Assembly: GCA_030390025.1 (NCBI GenBank) | Contig: CM059432.1 | Span: 39,992,001 to 40,056,000 of the forward strand | Source of the DNA: Squalus acanthias | Taxonomy: Eukaryota | Direction of reading: 5' to 3' | Length of the DNA stretch: 64,000 nt | Part shown: positions 1-13,929 of the stretch, one piece after another | Position numbering within the stretch: the first letter of the stretch is position 1 | Layout: each line of letters begins with the position of its first letter | Translations under genes and position numbers: made by a program | The notes under the pieces: generated by a model | The model's input: only the letters and a program-made list of their open reading frames with translations | Told to the model about the DNA's origin: nothing | The model's database searches: none

Positions 1-486
1 ATGTCTGGCACCTTAAATAGAATGACAGACACCTTAGCCTAGGCCTTACAGCACGTCACTGATCTGCACCAAACTGCTCTCCATCAGAGTAGTAGGAGTG
101 AAGTGCAGCTGGCCCATGAGAGTGATGATGGTGAAAGGGGACATGGAAGTGGCGACTCCACTCAAAGCACTCCCACTTCTCAACCGTTGCTGTTTCCTCA
201 GTTAGTACCCGGCATGCTGCCTTCTATCCCGATGGCCAAGTCAGCCCCTGCACAGCTACAGGTGAAGCATTTTTTGGCAGGTTCCTCACAGGCTTCAAAG
301 CCCAGAGGTTATTGGCCAAGAGCATCTCAGCATTCAGAGCAGGGGTCTGAGCAGCCTGCCTCTACCTCTGCTCAAGCCACGGGGGTTGCACCACGTAGGA
401 GCAGTAGGAAAAGAGTAAAGCTTTGTAGTTGCACAAGGGTATGCACATGGGTGTATGAGAAAATGTTACATGTTTTCGTTCTTTAG
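1..486 (+). pseudogene. 3' part of Harbinger Myb/SANT accessory gene (remnant)
   Basis: Low-complexity ORF ending QPASTSAQATGVAPRRSSRKR, similar to the C-terminus of ORF 22340-23206 (QPSTSLAAATEVPLRRSSR); converges on a Harbinger nuclease. Confidence 0.7.
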
Positions 487-731
487 TAGAACCACATAAA
501 ATGTATTACTTTGCACCACTTCCCCGTGTTGGCCATTCTTGGTGTTGGGTGGCAACTCGTCGTTTCGGTTGTTTGTTGATGAATGGGAAGACATGAATTG
601 ACGGGAACCAATGGGGGGATGTGTAAAGGGTGGCTGTTTGGAAGCAGGACTGCTTTGTGTCTGTGGGATTGGCGGGGAGGGAATGACAGTGGCAGTTGGA
701 TGTGGTTGTTACATGGGTCTAGTGGTGGTAA

Positions 732-1887
732 CTAACTGAACCTTACAGCTAGAAGGGAATCCCTGGCATCCCAGGCAGCAATGTGAGCAGCTGGTGCTGC
801 GATGGGGTCGCCATCTTCCTCCTCCTCCATCTCCTCCTCGGATTCGTCCGCAGACGATGTGTGCTCAGCGCCTTGTTCCTCCTGTGGCTCCAATCCTTGC
901 TGCTGCGCAATGTGGTGCAGAGCACAGCATACCACGATCATTCTGGAGACACTGGCTGGTGAGAACTGAAAGGCGCCTCCAGATCTGTCCAGGCACCTGA
1001 AGTACATCTTGAGCATGGCGATCACTTGCTCAATGACACATCTGGTTCTCATTGTACTGCTCTTGGGCTTCCTTGGTTGGGTTTCTCACGGGTGTCATCA
1101 GCCAAATATGAAGGGGGTATCCTTTGTCTCCTAGCAGCCATCCCTTAAGTCTCTTTCCAGATCCAAAGAGCCGAGGGAGCTTGGACTGCCACAGGACAAA
1201 AGCATCATGGCAGCTCCTGGGAATCTGGCACACACCTACATAAACCTTTTCTTGTTGTTGCACACCAGCTGCATGTTGATGGAGTGGAACCCCTTGCGGT
1301 TAACGAATACTCCTGCTTGATCTGGGGTGCGCGGATAGCCATGTGTGTGAAGTCGATGACACACTGCACCTGTGGGCAGCCAGCCAGAGACACAAACCCA
1401 AGCGCCCACTCATTTTAACTGGTGCCATCACAGGCGACGTTGACAAATAGTTGCCAGCCCTGGCAAACAACCCATCAGTGACCTGCCTTATGGATTTGTG
1501 TGCAGCTGACTGGGAGATCCTGGATATGTCTCCAGCAGATCTCAGGAAGGATCTGGAGGCAAAAAAGTTGAGGGCAGTGGTGACTTTCACAGCCATTGGT
1601 AATGCGTGGCCACCAAGTCCAGCAGTGAGCAGGTCTTCGTCTAGGATGCTACAGATGTCGTCCACCACCTGACGTGACGACTTCAGCCTGGGGAAGCACA
1701 GCTCTTCCGAGAGGTCAAGGAAGCTGAGCCTCTGCCTGTACTCCCTGTTACACGGGTAGTGCCTCCTGCCAGCCCAACGCCTCTGCTGCTCCCCTCTATG
1801 CTCACCACCTGCAGGTCTCTCAGGTTGCTGCTGCTGATGATACTCATCTTGATCCTCATCTGAGGTCCAATGCGCCGCCATCCTCAT
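732..1887 (-). pseudogene. PIF/Harbinger DDE transposase (HARBI1-like), frameshifted
   Basis: Motifs VKVTTALNFFAS, VIDFTHMAIRAP, HDAFVL, GWLLGDKGYPL, LKMYFRCLDRSGG spread over several frames. Confidence 0.9.
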
Positions 1888-2065
1888 CTGAGGATGTCCA
1901 AACTGTAGAAACTAACCTCTCACCACAAGTACTGTGAACAAACCCTTTCCCAGTGGGAGGTAACAAAGCAGCTGTGAGCACTGGGTATTTATTGCACAAT
2001 GCTCACCAATGCTCAGTTTGGTTTCCGCTCCTCACTGCTGCTCAGTTTGGGTTCTGCCAGGACCA

Positions 2066-3300
2066 CCCGGCTCCAGACCTCATTACAGCCAAACATCGAC
2101 AAAGGAGCTGAATTCTAGGGTTGAGGTGAGAGTGACTGCCCTTGACATCAAGGCAGCATATAACAGAGTGTGGCATCAAGGAGCCCTAGTAAAACTAAAG
2201 TCAATGAGAATCAGGGGGAAAACTCTCCACTGGCTTGAGTTATACCTAGCACAAAGGAAGATGGTTGTGGTTGTTGGAGACTAATCATCTCAGCCCCAGG
2301 ACATCACTGCAGGAGTTCCTCAGGGCAGTGTCCTAGGCCCAACCATCTTCAGTTGCTTCATCAATGGCCTTCCCTCCATCATAAGGTCAGAAGTTGGCTG
2401 ATGATTGCACAGTGTTCCGTTCCATTCGCAACTCCTCAGATAATGAAGCAGTCCATGCCCGTATGCAACAAGAGACCTGGCCGACATTCAGGCTTGGGCT
2501 GATAAGTGGCAAGTAACATTCACACCACACAAGTGCCAGGCAATGACTATCTCCAACAAGAGAGAGTCTAAACACCACCCCTTGACATTCAACGGCATTA
2601 CTATCGTTGAATCGCCCACCATCAACATCCTGGGGGGTTACCATTGATCAGAAAATTAACTGGACCAGCCACATAAATACTGTGGCGACAAGAGCAGGTC
2701 AGAGGCTAGGTATTCTGCGGTGAGTGTCTCACCTCCTGATTCCCCAAAGCCTTTCCACCATCTACAAGGCACAAGTCAGGAGTGTGATGGAATACTCTCC
2801 ACTTGCCTGGATGAGTGCAGCTCCAACAACACTCAAGAAGCTCGACACCATCCAGGACAAAGCAACCCGCTTGATCGGCACCCCATCCACCACCTTAAAC
2901 ATTCACTCCCTCCACCACCGGCACACCATGGCAGTAGTGTGCACCATCTACAAGATGCATTGCAGCAACTCGCCAAGGCTTCTTCGGCAGCACCTCCCAA
3001 ACCCGCAACCTCTTCCACCTAGAAGGACAAGGGCAGCAGGCGCATGGGAACACCACCACCTCCAAGTTCCCCTCCAAGTCACACACCATCCTGACATGGA
3101 AATATATCGCTGATCCTTCATCGTCGCTGGTTCAAAATGCTGGAACCCCCTCCCTAACAGTACTATGGAAGTACCTTCACCACACGGACTGCAGCGTTCA
3201 AGAATGCGGTTCACCACTATCTTCTCAAGGGCAATTAGAGGTGGGCAATAAATGCTGGCCCTGCCAGTGAAGCCCACATCCCAAAAACGAATTTTAAAAA
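2066..3300 (+). mobile_element. 5'-truncated CR1-group (CR1/L2/Crack-like) LINE, family X, degenerate
   Basis: RT motifs ALDIKAAYNRVWH, GVPQGSVLGP; C-terminal IYKAQVRSVMEY; shared 3' UTR GGGCAATAAATGCTGGCC and A-rich tail. Confidence 0.85.
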
Positions 3301-3696
3301 ATTGCCTCTTTTTTAATGAGCCCCATGATCTTGCTTTGTGTTCTCGCCTTGGCTTCAATGTCGAGTTTCAGGAAGCCTGGGAAACCCATGGATGCACCGT
3401 TAAATCTGAAAGTACGTTGAAATATCGCTCCAATCCAGCAATTTACATATTTAAATTGCTAACCTGCCCCTCTCGAGGCGGTTACGCATAAATAGCTGAA
3501 TGTGCCCGAGTTAAACACGGAAATCAGCGGTTTGGAGCTGGCTTCCGGACGCGTTCACATTTTCCACAAACTTAACCTCCCACCCGCACCTCACCCCACG
3601 CTCTGCTCCTCGTTAAAATTACCCCCAATACTCCAGCTGAGGTCTAACCAGTGTTTTATAAAGGTTTAGCAAGTCTTCCTTGCCTTTGTACTCAAT

Positions 3697-4433
3697 GGGC
3701 GCGAAATTCGGTTACGCAGCGTTTGGGGGCGGTAACCGAGTTAAGGCCGGACATTTAGCGCCCGGCGCGGAAGTACCGCCCAAGCCGCTAAATTCGGCTT
3801 ACCGCACAGGATGTGGAGTGCAATCTCGGGCGCTCCACTTCCTAGTGGGGCAGTAACCGAGGCGATGTCAGGGCGTGATCGGCAGCACTCGGCAGAGGCT
3901 CCGTGGAGCGCTGCTGTGTTTCAACACCCCTCCCCTTCAGTTAAAGGGGAGGGCCACTGCGCACTCTCTCTGCAGGGCCTCCGATCGCCCCAACTAGGAC
4001 ACCAGGGCGGCGTGGTGCCATGGCAGCTGCCGGGCGCTGAGACGCGGCGCCGGGCTGCACGATGGCAGCCAGGACCATGCCACGGAGGGCCAATCTGGAG
4101 GTCGGCCATAAAAAGAAAATGGCGGCACAGGTCGCGGCCGCACCTCCCCTTTGAATATCACCCCGTGAGCGGAGGTCGGCCCGGTTCGCGACCCGCGAGG
4201 CTGGTGCTGACATCGCCCGCGGCAACCTCGTGGGGTGCAGCCGAATTTCGATAAGGGATCGCGGTACACGGCGATGGCATCATCAGTGGCAGTGCAGCAG
4301 CCCGGGGTAGCGCCTCAGCAATGCCCCGCCAAATTTCTCAGGAGGCACTTTTTCCACCCCCCCCCCCCCTTTGCACCCCATTAGCGTCCCCCGGAGGTGC
4401 TAACGGCAGGCACAAAGGAGCCGAATTATGCCT
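3697..4433. mobile_element. GC-rich non-autonomous Harbinger-like element inside a minus-strand CR1 fragment
   Basis: Ends GGGCGCGAAATTCGG / CCGAATTATGCCTC; subterminal GCTAACGGCAGGCAC resembles Harbinger ends at 25145 and 30955; CR1 sequence on both sides. Confidence 0.6.
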
Positions 4434-5249
4434 CTACTTATAAAGCCAAGGATCCCGTATGCTGTTTTTAACAGCTTTATCAACTTGTCCTGCCACCTTC
4501 AAAGTATGTGAACCCCGGATCTCGATGTTCCTGCACCCCCTTTAAAATTGTACCATTTAGCATAACAAATAAGCTTTCTGGCTTTCAAACATCTCAAATT
4601 CAGTATGGAAAAATTTGCATTTTCATCACACTAGTTTCCCCAGTTGATAACTATATAGGGTACGAATTTCTCTTGGTGATGTTATCATATAAATGTGTAA
4701 ATGGATTTATTTAGAACAGGATACTGCCTCCATTAAAATAACAACAATAAGAATTTGATACAAGCTCACTGAGCGTTCCTATGATAGTATCACCAACAGT
4801 AATTCCTACTCTCACTCGTGTTCTTCAGCAAAGCAAAATCTATACAACAGGGCATTCAATAGTCAACACACGGCCCTGAAGTTGTAAAGATTTAAAAGCT
4901 TATTCAATAAAATCATTTAAATTAGAGCTCAGATCAAGTAGGAGTTTGTTTAAAAAAAAACGAAACATTTCTATTTTGTATATTTGCATATCCTAAAATC
5001 TCTTTCTGCTTTAATCTCTAATTATTAACTCTTTACAACTTCAGACAGTCCCCACTCCCCCTATAAAGCATTAGATGGCGTGTTGGTCTATGTTGAGATA
5101 CCATGCGGTAGATTTCCAGCTTTACTGCCAGAGCATTATGAATCCCTGGGGCAGAGCGCAGAAAGGAAAATCTGGCGGGGAGGATCACATGTCTCTGACA
5201 GAACTTGCCTAATTTACCTTCAATGGTTGTTGGCAGGATATGGTGAGGG

Positions 5250-5492
5250 ATAATCTGTGGCTAGCACACTCGAAGTTCCCTGCTCTTCTTCAAATAGTAC
5301 CATGGAATATTTTATGTCCATCTGAGCAGGCAGACAAGGCCTTGGTTTGATGTCTGATCTGAAAGACAGCACCCCTGACAGTACAGCACTCCCTCAATGC
5401 TGCACTGAAGTATCAGCTTAGAATATGTGCTCAAGTACCTGAAGCAAACTCACAACTTTCTGACACAGAGACAGGAGTGCTACCTCTGACAC
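5250..5492 (-). mobile_element. Deu-domain tRNA-derived SINE fragment
   Basis: GACAGTACAGCACTCCCTCAATGCTGCACTG matches the fuller copy at 19225-19675. Confidence 0.65.
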
Positions 5493-6981
5493 TTAGCAAG
5501 TAGCATCATTGTTTCCACCACACGTATGGTATGAGATACAAGGGGTTACTTCTCCTGTATTATCCTGAAGTAATGCTGATGATTTGACAAGAGTTTGGCT
5601 TTTTCACACCACCAGTATCACTGAAGGAATGTAATTTATTCTATTATTGTACCACACACATGTCGTACATATAATTAGCCAACTTTTAACATTGGGAAGC
5701 ACATACCCATTCTTTCGGATCATAGAGTCATCCAGCACAGAAGGATGGCCCGATGGCCCATCGTGTCTGTGTCCGGTCTCTCTGTTCTTGCACCCACTTT
5801 AAATATGAATTATGTCTTTTTGATACCAATCAATGGATTACTTACTGTATCCCACAAATAGCCAATGGTTATGTACATACTCTGGCTGAAGTTCTCCAAC
5901 ACTTTACTGTGGGAAACCTTTGGTCTTCCTTTTATTTTTATTAATTTTCTTTCAGTCCACCTTACCCTTCGAATACTTTCTTTTGCCATTCCAAATCTGC
6001 TTCTCATTTCTGTTTGAATATTCCTTTAATAACTGGGTGGCTGTACTCCCCATATTGAGATTCTACAGCCCCTACTCCAGCCACCCAGTTGCCATTCTAC
6101 CCCCAATGAAACTTGCTATGAAAGTATATATCCCTTTCACATTATAGAGTGGCCCTGAGGGAGCAATGCTATGCTATTAACTTTTTTTTATGCTGTCACT
6201 GCTACTAAAGCCCAGAGACCAGTTGTTTCTATTAGTAAAAGGGAAGTTATCCAGCTCTGGCCTTTTATCTTTATCTGAAGGCCCAATAGCAGCTTATGAG
6301 ATTTGCAGAAATCATTTATTTTAATCATTGCCAGAGACCTCTCCTTCTCAGCCAGAGTTGGTGCTTGGCCCAGGAAGACCAGGGCAGGATAATGCCAGTG
6401 TCTCAATATCATTATAGATAGTGGCAATAGCAGGAATGGCCCTGTTTTATTTTTGTATTGCTCATTATTACAGAGTAGTCACTGGAGCACAAACATCATA
6501 GATATTTCAGCAATTCCTCTGCGCTTGTTTCCCTTAAATATTTGAAATGAAAATCTTATCAGCATCCTGTACAAATAGCTGATATGACATTTTCTTTCAT
6601 TTAATTTGTCAGATATCTATTAATTATAATATGAAGTCTATTTCAAAGGGAAGTGAAAGAAGAAGTAAAGCTTATCTTCTGTTTTATCGATCAATTTTTT
6701 TGCTATAATTATTTGAACTGTCTGCTGAAACTGTTTCCTTTGAGATGAGTAATTTGGCATTTTGAATTAAAAAACAAATTTTCTGCTCCGATCCAAGCAC
6801 CAACTCTGGATGAGGAGAGGTCTGTGACAATGTTTAAAATAAATGATTTCTGTAGGTCTCGTAAGCTGCTATTGGGTCTTCAGATAAAGATAAAAGCACA
6901 GAGCTAGAAAAAATGGTTTCTTTTCATGACACCGCCTTCGAAGACAAAATAATTAGAATGAAAATCAGGGTTCTCCTGCTC

Positions 6982-7140
6982 ATAAGAACATAAGAAATAG
7001 GAGCAGGAGTAGGCCATTTGGCCCTTCGAGCCTGCTCCTCCATTCAATAAGATCATGGCTGATCTTGTACCTCATCTCCACTTTCCTGCACTATCCCCAT
7101 ATCCCTTGATTCCCTTAATATTCAAAAATCTATCGATCTC
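6982..7140 (-). mobile_element. CR1 3' terminal fragment
   Basis: CATAAGAACATAAGAAATAGGAGCAGGAGTAGGCC tail and terminal stem-loop. Confidence 0.8.
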
Positions 7141-7249
7141 GTGGAAGCTATTTGTATCCTCTATTTGTAACCGTAATTGGAATAAAACTACTTTGTCTGA
7201 TTATGCTTTTATGAAGTGCCTTGGGATGTTTTGTAACATTAAAGGTGAA

Positions 7250-8875
7250 AAGTGACGTCAGAGTAAAAAAAGTGACATCGGCACAAGAGAAGGAGCTGAT
7301 TGGTGAGTAGCTGGGGAGTGTATTTTGTTAAGTTTTATGTTTATTTCTGCTGGGTTAGTTCTTAGTCTATTAAATAGGGGCATGGCAGGGCAGCTCAGTC
7401 CCATGGAGTGCACATCCTGTGCCATGTGGGAAGTCCTGGACGCTTCGCATAGCTTGGACGACCACATGTGCGGGAAGTGTCGCCAGCTACAGCAACTCGA
7501 GCTCTAGGTTTCGGAGCTTGAGCGGCGGCTGGAGTCACTGCGGTGCATCCGCAAGGCTGAGAGTTATGTGGATAGCACGTTGCTAGAGGTGGTCACCCCG
7601 CAGGTATGCAGGCAGAGAGGGAATGGGTGATCGCCAGACAGAAGAGAACCAGGCAGGTAGTGCAGGAGTCCCCGGAGTGCATCGCGCTCTCCAACCAGTA
7701 TTCTGTTCTGAGTACTGGTGACGGCGATGGTTCCTCTGGGGAGTGCAGAGAGAGTCAAGTCCACGGCACCACGGGTGGCTCAGCTGCACAGGGTGGGGAG
7801 AGGAAGAAGAGTGGAAGAGCAATAGTGGTAGGGGATTCGATAGTTAGGGGAGCAGACAGGCGTTTCTGCAGCCGTAGACGTGACTCCAGGATGGTATGTT
7901 GCCTCCCTGGTGCCAGGGTCAAGGATGTCACTGAGCGGCTGCAAGACACTCTGAGGGGGGAGGGTGAACAGCCAGAGGTTGTTGTCCATATCGGTACCAA
8001 TGACATAGGCAGAAAGAAGGATGAGGTCCTGCAGGCAGAGTTTAGGGAGCTAGGAGAGAGATTAAAAAGTAGGACCTCAAAGGTAGTAATCTCCGGATTA
8101 TTCCCGGTGCCACGTGCTAGTGAGTACAGGAATAGGAGGATCGAACAGATGAATGCGTGGCTGGACAGATGGTGCAGGAGGGAGGGCTTTAGATTCCTGA
8201 GGCATTGGGACCATTTCTGGGGAAGGTGGAACCTGTACAAGCCGGATGGGTTACACCTCAACAGAGCCGGGACCAATATTCTCGCGGGGAGGTTTGTTAG
8301 TGCTGTTGGGGAGGGTTTAAACTAACTTGGCAGGGGGATGGGCACCAGCATATAGGAGTAGAAAAGAGGAATAAGGTGCATAAAAGAGTGAGTGTGTTGG
8401 ATAGTACTAGAGAAGATAGTACTGGAGGCGGTAGTAGTGCCATATTAGATAGGAGCAGACATAGAAAGACTATGAAAAATTCAAAAATGTGCTTAGAATG
8501 CATGTACGTAAACGCACAAAGTGTGGTGAATAAGGTTGGTGAGCTACAAGCACAATTAGCCATGTGGCAATATGATGTTGTGGCAATAACGGAAACGTGG
8601 CTTAAAAACGGTGAGGACTGGGCACTTAATATTCAAGGGTACAAGGTATTCAGAAAAGATAGGGAAGGAACAAAGGGAGTTGGGGTGGCAGTGCTGATTA
8701 AGGAAGACATTGTAGTGTTGGAAAGGGAGGATGTTCTTGAGGGGACAAGGACAGAATCCATTTGGTTAGAGTTGAGGAACAAAAAGGGTATGATCACACT
8801 ATTGGGGGTATTCTATAGGCCTCCAAATAGTGAGAGGAAGGTAGAGGAGCAAATCTGCAGGGAAATCGCAGAGAT
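7250..8875 (+). mobile_element. CR1 LINE 5' part: ORF1 (CxxC zinc finger/leucine zipper + SGNH esterase) and start of ORF2 AP endonuclease
   Basis: CTSC..CGKC from ATG 7382; VVGDSIVRG, HIGTND, DGLHLN; YVNAQSVVNK, AITETWL, GVFYRPP; premature TAG near 7505. Confidence 0.92.
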
Positions 8876-9557
8876 ATTCTTGTTTGTCAACATTTTTGTT
8901 TTTAAAGACCGCAGTGGTTTTCTTTGACATACTGTGGTGTGAGTAAGAGCTTTATGCTTCCTTTATGATTTTGTTAACCTTTGCAAGATCACCTTGTATA
9001 GACCTTTTAATATAACAGTGCTTGATCTAATTTAATCACAAGTCAGGTATTTAATCACTTGAGAGATGTTTCTTAAAGGGAATTACAGGGAAAAAAACTC
9101 ATAAGCTCAAAAAAAATGTGATTTAAAATATTCAAAATCCAATTTTTTTCAATATTGGATTCTTGTTCTTGTACACAAAAAAATCTTTGTATTTTAAAGG
9201 CATTCAACATCCTAGTTTCTTCAGCTCATCATCATATTTCAAAATTAGATTGAGGAAATTTAACAAAAAGAAAAAAAAATGCATTTATTTGATAAGTCCT
9301 TCTTAAAGACCCTGATACTTCAAAATGTTTCCATAGATTAAGCTGAACGCTGCAAGATCTTACCTAAAATCCAGTTTTCTTTCCCTTTCCAGCCCCAGTA
9401 CATAATTCTAAACAAGTTTCTCATGATTGGCCTTTAACAAGACCTGGACAATTACAAAAGTTGGTTTTCTCACTAATTTCTGTGAACCCAGAGTGCTGCT
9501 ACAAACGGACCATTACTGCTTTCTACTGTTCTTGAATCCCTAGTTATACAAGTCTAC

Positions 9558-10210
9558 GGGGGGGCTAAATTAGACAGGGCCCGAAAACGGGCGTGGGGAT
9601 CGCAATGCTGGATTAATCCGCGCCTGTTGCTTCCAATGCAGGCAACACGCCAACTTTGTGCTGCCTGCTAATTAAAATGATTGCAGCATGCAGCCAGCGC
9701 TAACTGGGCTGTTGAGTGGCTACACACCTCAGCAGGGGGCCCAAAATTGTGCACCACTTAAAGCGAGCCTACACTACTTAAAGCCAGCCTACACCTCTTA
9801 AAAGGGAGGTGTATTGTGGCTGGAGCAGGTGGTGGGAGTCGTTGTGGAACGCATTCTGATGTGAAAAAAGACTGAATAATGGTACAACATGGCTGAAGCG
9901 GGCTCCAAGATTTTCCGAAGCTGCAGTGGAGTCCTTGGTGGAGGAGGTGGAGGGGAGGAGAGATGTGTTCTATCCACAGGGGGCCAGGAGGTCTTCCAGA
10001 CAAACTCGCAGAAGACAGTGGGACCAGATAGCTGTGGCGATCAATGCCAGGAGTCCAGCCCCAAGGACCTGGATGAAGTGCCGCAAAAAGTTCAATAACC
10101 TCACACGAGTGGTCAAGGTTAGTGATTGTACCTTCAAATGGAATATCCCACCAACTGCACCACTAGCCTCAGCAACTGCTCAATGCATCACACCCCCATC
10201 ACTCACCTAC
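9558..10210 (+). mobile_element. Harbinger left end with Myb/SANT exon 1 remnant
   Basis: GGGGGCTAAATT start; SLVEEVEGRRDVFYP...W..IA...PRTWMKCRKKFNNLTRVVK followed by GT donor. Confidence 0.8.
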
Positions 10211-10214
10211 CTAA

Positions 10215-10752
10215 TCCCTATAAAAGGACTCATATGCCTGTACTGCAGTATGTGGGAGTTTGTGGACAGCGAGACTGTCCCGAGCAAACACGTCTGCAGG
10301 AAATGTCTCCATCTTGAATCTTTCCGGCTCAGTCATTGAGCTGGAGTGTGAGTTGGAGACACTCCAACACATAAAGGAGGGGGAGGAATTTCTGGACAGT
10401 TTTATCCAGAATACAGTCACACCCCAGAGGAAAGCACAGGTTCAGGAAAGGGAAGGTGTGACTGTTAGGGAGCCGGGTAGCAGGGATTTAGGAGAGGTTG
10501 AGAAGGAGGTCCCGCAGACACTGCTCCTGTCCAACAGGTACAATGTACTTGCTACCTGTGGCTCAGAAGGCTGTCCAAGGGGTGGGGGGGGGGGGGGGGG
10601 GGGGGTGGCGGGGGCGGGGAAGGAGCACAATAGAAATGTTGTAGTGATAGGGGACTCTATTATTTGGGGGGATAGATAGCATCCTCTGCAGCCAAGAACC
10701 AGAAACTCTAAGGGTGTGTTGCCTACCCGGTGCCAGGGTAAGGGATATCTCA
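10215..10752 (+). mobile_element. Degenerate CR1 ORF1 fragment
   Basis: CLYCSMWE..HVCRKC, LSNRYNVL, VVIGDSII, CCLPGARV-type sequence. Confidence 0.75.
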
Positions 10753-10771
10753 TACAATAGCAAAATAATAG

Positions 10772-11569
10772 TAAACAAGGTAACATTCGTGCCACACAAG
10801 TGCCAGGCAATGACTATCTCCAACAAGTGAGAGTCTAACTACAACCCCTTGTCATTCAACGACATTACCATCACCAAATTCCCCACCAACAACATCCTGG
10901 GGGTCACCATTGACCAGAAACTTAACTGGACCAGCCACATAAATACTGTGGCAACAATAGCAGGTCAGAGGCTAGGTAGTCTGTGGCGAGTGTCTCACCT
11001 CCTGACTCCCCAAAGCCTTTCCACCATCTACAAGGCACAAATGAGGCGTGTGATGGAATACTCTCCACTTGCCTGGATGAGTGCAGCTCCAACAACACTC
11101 AAGAAGCTCGACACCATCCAGGACAAAGCAGCTCGCTTGATTGGCACCCCATCCACCACCTTAAACATTCACTCCCTCCACCACCGGCGTACCGTGGCTG
11201 CAGTGTGTACCATCTACAAGATGCACTGCAGCAACTCGCCAAGGCTTCTTCGGCAGCACCTCCCAACCTCGCGACCTCTTCCACCTAGAAGGACAAGGGC
11301 AGCAGGCGCATGGGAACACCATCACCTCCAAGTTTCCCTCCAAGTCACACACCATCCTGACTTGGAAGTATATCGCCGATCCTTCATCGTCGCTGGGTCA
11401 AAATCCTGGAACTCCCTCCCTAACAGCACTGTGGGAGTACCTTCACTACACGCACTGCAGCAGTTCAAGAAGGGGGCTCACCACCACCTTCTCAAGGGCA
11501 ACTAGGGATGGATAATAAATGCTGGCCTTGCCAGCGATGCCCACATCCCATGAACGAATAAAAAAAAAA
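10772..11569 (+). mobile_element. Family X LINE 3' end with poly(A)
   Basis: ORF 10849-11505 (ILGVTIDQKLNW, IYKAQMRRVMEY, SWNSLP); tail CCCATGAACGAAT(A)n. Confidence 0.88.
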
Positions 11570-11571
11570 TA

Positions 11572-12356
11572 CTGACCCTTCGTCAGAACTGGAAAAGGTT
11601 AGAGAAGTAACAGATTTTTAAGCAAGTGTAGGGACAGGGGCAGGGAAGAGGGGAGGAAAGAACAAAGGGAAGGTCTGTGATAGGCTGGAAGGCAAGAGAG
11701 ATTAAAAAACAAAAGGGATGATGGTGCAATGCAAAAGGAGATAGTAATGGGACAAGTTAAGAAACAAAAGATGACACTAGATGAGGTGCAAATGGCGACG
11801 GCAGAATCATCAACAGCTGCCATGTGAGAAAAAAAAGGGGGAAAAATGAAGGGGCCGAGGTTATGGTCTGAAATTGTTGAACTCGATGTTGAGTCCAGAA
11901 GGCTGTAAAGTGCCTAATCGAAAGATGAGGTGCTGTTCCTCGAGCTTACGTTGAGCTTCGTTGGAACAGGACTGCGTTTGGTCTCCCTGATATAGAGGAG
12001 ACCGCATCGTGAGCAGAGTATACAGTATACTAAATTGTAAGAAATACAAGTAAATCACTGTTTCACCTGGAAGGAGTGTCTGGGGCCGTGGACAGTAGGA
12101 AGGGAGGAGGTAAAAGTGCAGGTGTTGCATCTACTGCGCTTGCTTTTTGTTCTTTCTTCCCCTCTCCCTTTTTCCTGCCCCTGCACTTGCTTAAAACCTG
12201 TTCCATCTCCAACTTTTTCTAGTTCTGATGAAGGATCATCGACCTGAAACGTTAACTCTGTTTCTCTCTCCACAGATGCTGCCTGACCTGCTGCGTATTT
12301 CCAGCATTTTCTGTTTTTATTTCAGATTTCCAGCATCCGCAGTATTTTGATTTTGT
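11572..12356 (-). mobile_element. Penelope-like element: GIY-YIG endonuclease end, 3' UTR and inverted pseudo-LTR
   Basis: Minus strand encodes LVYCI..SRCGLLYIRETK and RKLEEQHLIFRLGTLQPSGLN; 11572-11670 is an inverted copy of 12144-12240. Confidence 0.85.
12221..12257 (+). ncRNA. Minimal type I hammerhead ribozyme motif
   Basis: AGTT-CTGATGA-AGG(ATCATCGA)CCT-GAAA-CGTT-AACT: stem I, core, stem II, palindromic stem III. Confidence 0.75.
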
Positions 12357-13923
12357 AGATGGTGGAAAGGTTTTGGGGAGTTAGGAGGTGAGACACTCGC
12401 CACAGAATACCTAGCCTCTGACCTGCTCTTGTTGCCATAGTATTTATGTGGCTGGTCCAGTTAAGTTTCTGGTCAATGGTGACCCCCCAGGATGTTGATG
12501 GTGGGGGATTCGGTGATGGTAATGCCGCTGAATATCAAGGGGCGGTGGTTAGACTCTCGCTTGTTGGCGATAGTCATTGCCTGGCACTTGTGTGGCATGA
12601 ATGTTAGCTGCCACTTATCAGCCCAAGCCTGAACGTCGTCCAGGTCTTGTTGCAAGCAGGCATGGACTGCTTCATTATCTGAGGAGTTGTGAATGGCACT
12701 GAACACTGTGCAGTCATCAGCGAACATCCCCATTTCTGACCTTATGTTGGAGGGAAAGTCATTGATGAAGCAGCTGAAGATGGTTGGGCCTAGAACACTG
12801 CCCTGAGGAACTCCTGCAGTGATGTCCTGGGGCTGAGATGATTGACCTCCAGCCATCACAACCATCTTCCTTTGTGCTAGGTATGACTCCAGCCAGTGGA
12901 GAGTTTTCCCCTCCCCGATTCCCATTGACTTCAGTTTTACTAGGGCTCCTTGATACCACACTCGGTCAAATGCTGCCTTGATGTCAAAGGCAGTAACTCT
13001 CACCTCACCTCTGGAATTCAGTTCATTTGTCCATGTTTGGACCAAGGCTATAATGAGGTCAGGAGCCGAGTGGTCTTGGCGGAACCCAAACTGGGCATCA
13101 GTGAGCAGGTTATTGGTGAGTAAGTGCCACTTGTCTTTTGCACTCACGTGCTGGGCTCCACCATCATTGAGGATGGGGATATTCATATAGCCACCTCCTC
13201 CCGTTAGTTGTTTAATGGTCCACCACCATTCACGACTGGATGTGGCAGGACTGCAGAGCTTTGATCTGATCCATTGATTGTGGGATCGCTTAGCCCTGTC
13301 TATAGCATGCTGCTTCCCCTTTTAAGCATGCATCTAGTCCTGTGTTGCAGCTTCCCCAGGTTGGCACTTCATTTTTAGGTACGCCTGGTGCTGCTCCTGG
13401 CATGCTCTTCTACACTCCTTATTGAACCAGGGTTGGCCCCCTGGCTTGATGGTAATGGTAGAGTGAGGGATATATCGGGCCATGAGGTTACCGATTGTGG
13501 TGGAATACAATTCTGCTGCTGCTGATGGCCCACAGCGCCTCATGGATGCCCAGTTTTGAGCTGCTAGATCTGTTCTAAATCTATCCCATTTAGCACGGTG
13601 GTAGTGCCACACAACACGATGGAGGGTGTCCTCAGTGTGAAGACGGGACTTCGTCTCCACAATGACTGCGCGATGGTCACTGCTACCAATACTGTCATGG
13701 ACAGATGCATCTGTGACAAATAGATTGGTAAGGACGAGGTTAAATAGGTTTTTCCTTCATGTTGGTTCTCTCACCACCTCTCGCAGGCCCACATTGGCAG
13801 CTATGTCCTTCAGGACTCGGCCAGCTCGCACAGTAGTGGTGCTACCGAGCCACTCTTGGTGATGGACATTGAAGTCCCCCACCCAGAGTATATTCTGTGC
13901 CCTTGCTACTCTCAGTGCTTCTT
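12357..13923 (-). mobile_element. Family X LINE ORF2 (endonuclease-RT), internally deleted
   Basis: LWVGDFNVHH, PWFNKECRRA, QFGFR, AFDIKAAFDRVW, GVPQGSVLGP, MFADD. Confidence 0.9.
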
Positions 13924-13929
13924 GTGGTC

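Noticed and set aside
7606..8325. Host SGNH lipase/esterase gene
   Set aside because: It is the CR1 ORF1 esterase domain, followed directly by the ORF2 endonuclease
10772..12610. Twin-priming inversion of one LINE
   Set aside because: The plus and minus pieces overlap by about 250 bp of homologous but diverged sequence, so they are separate copies
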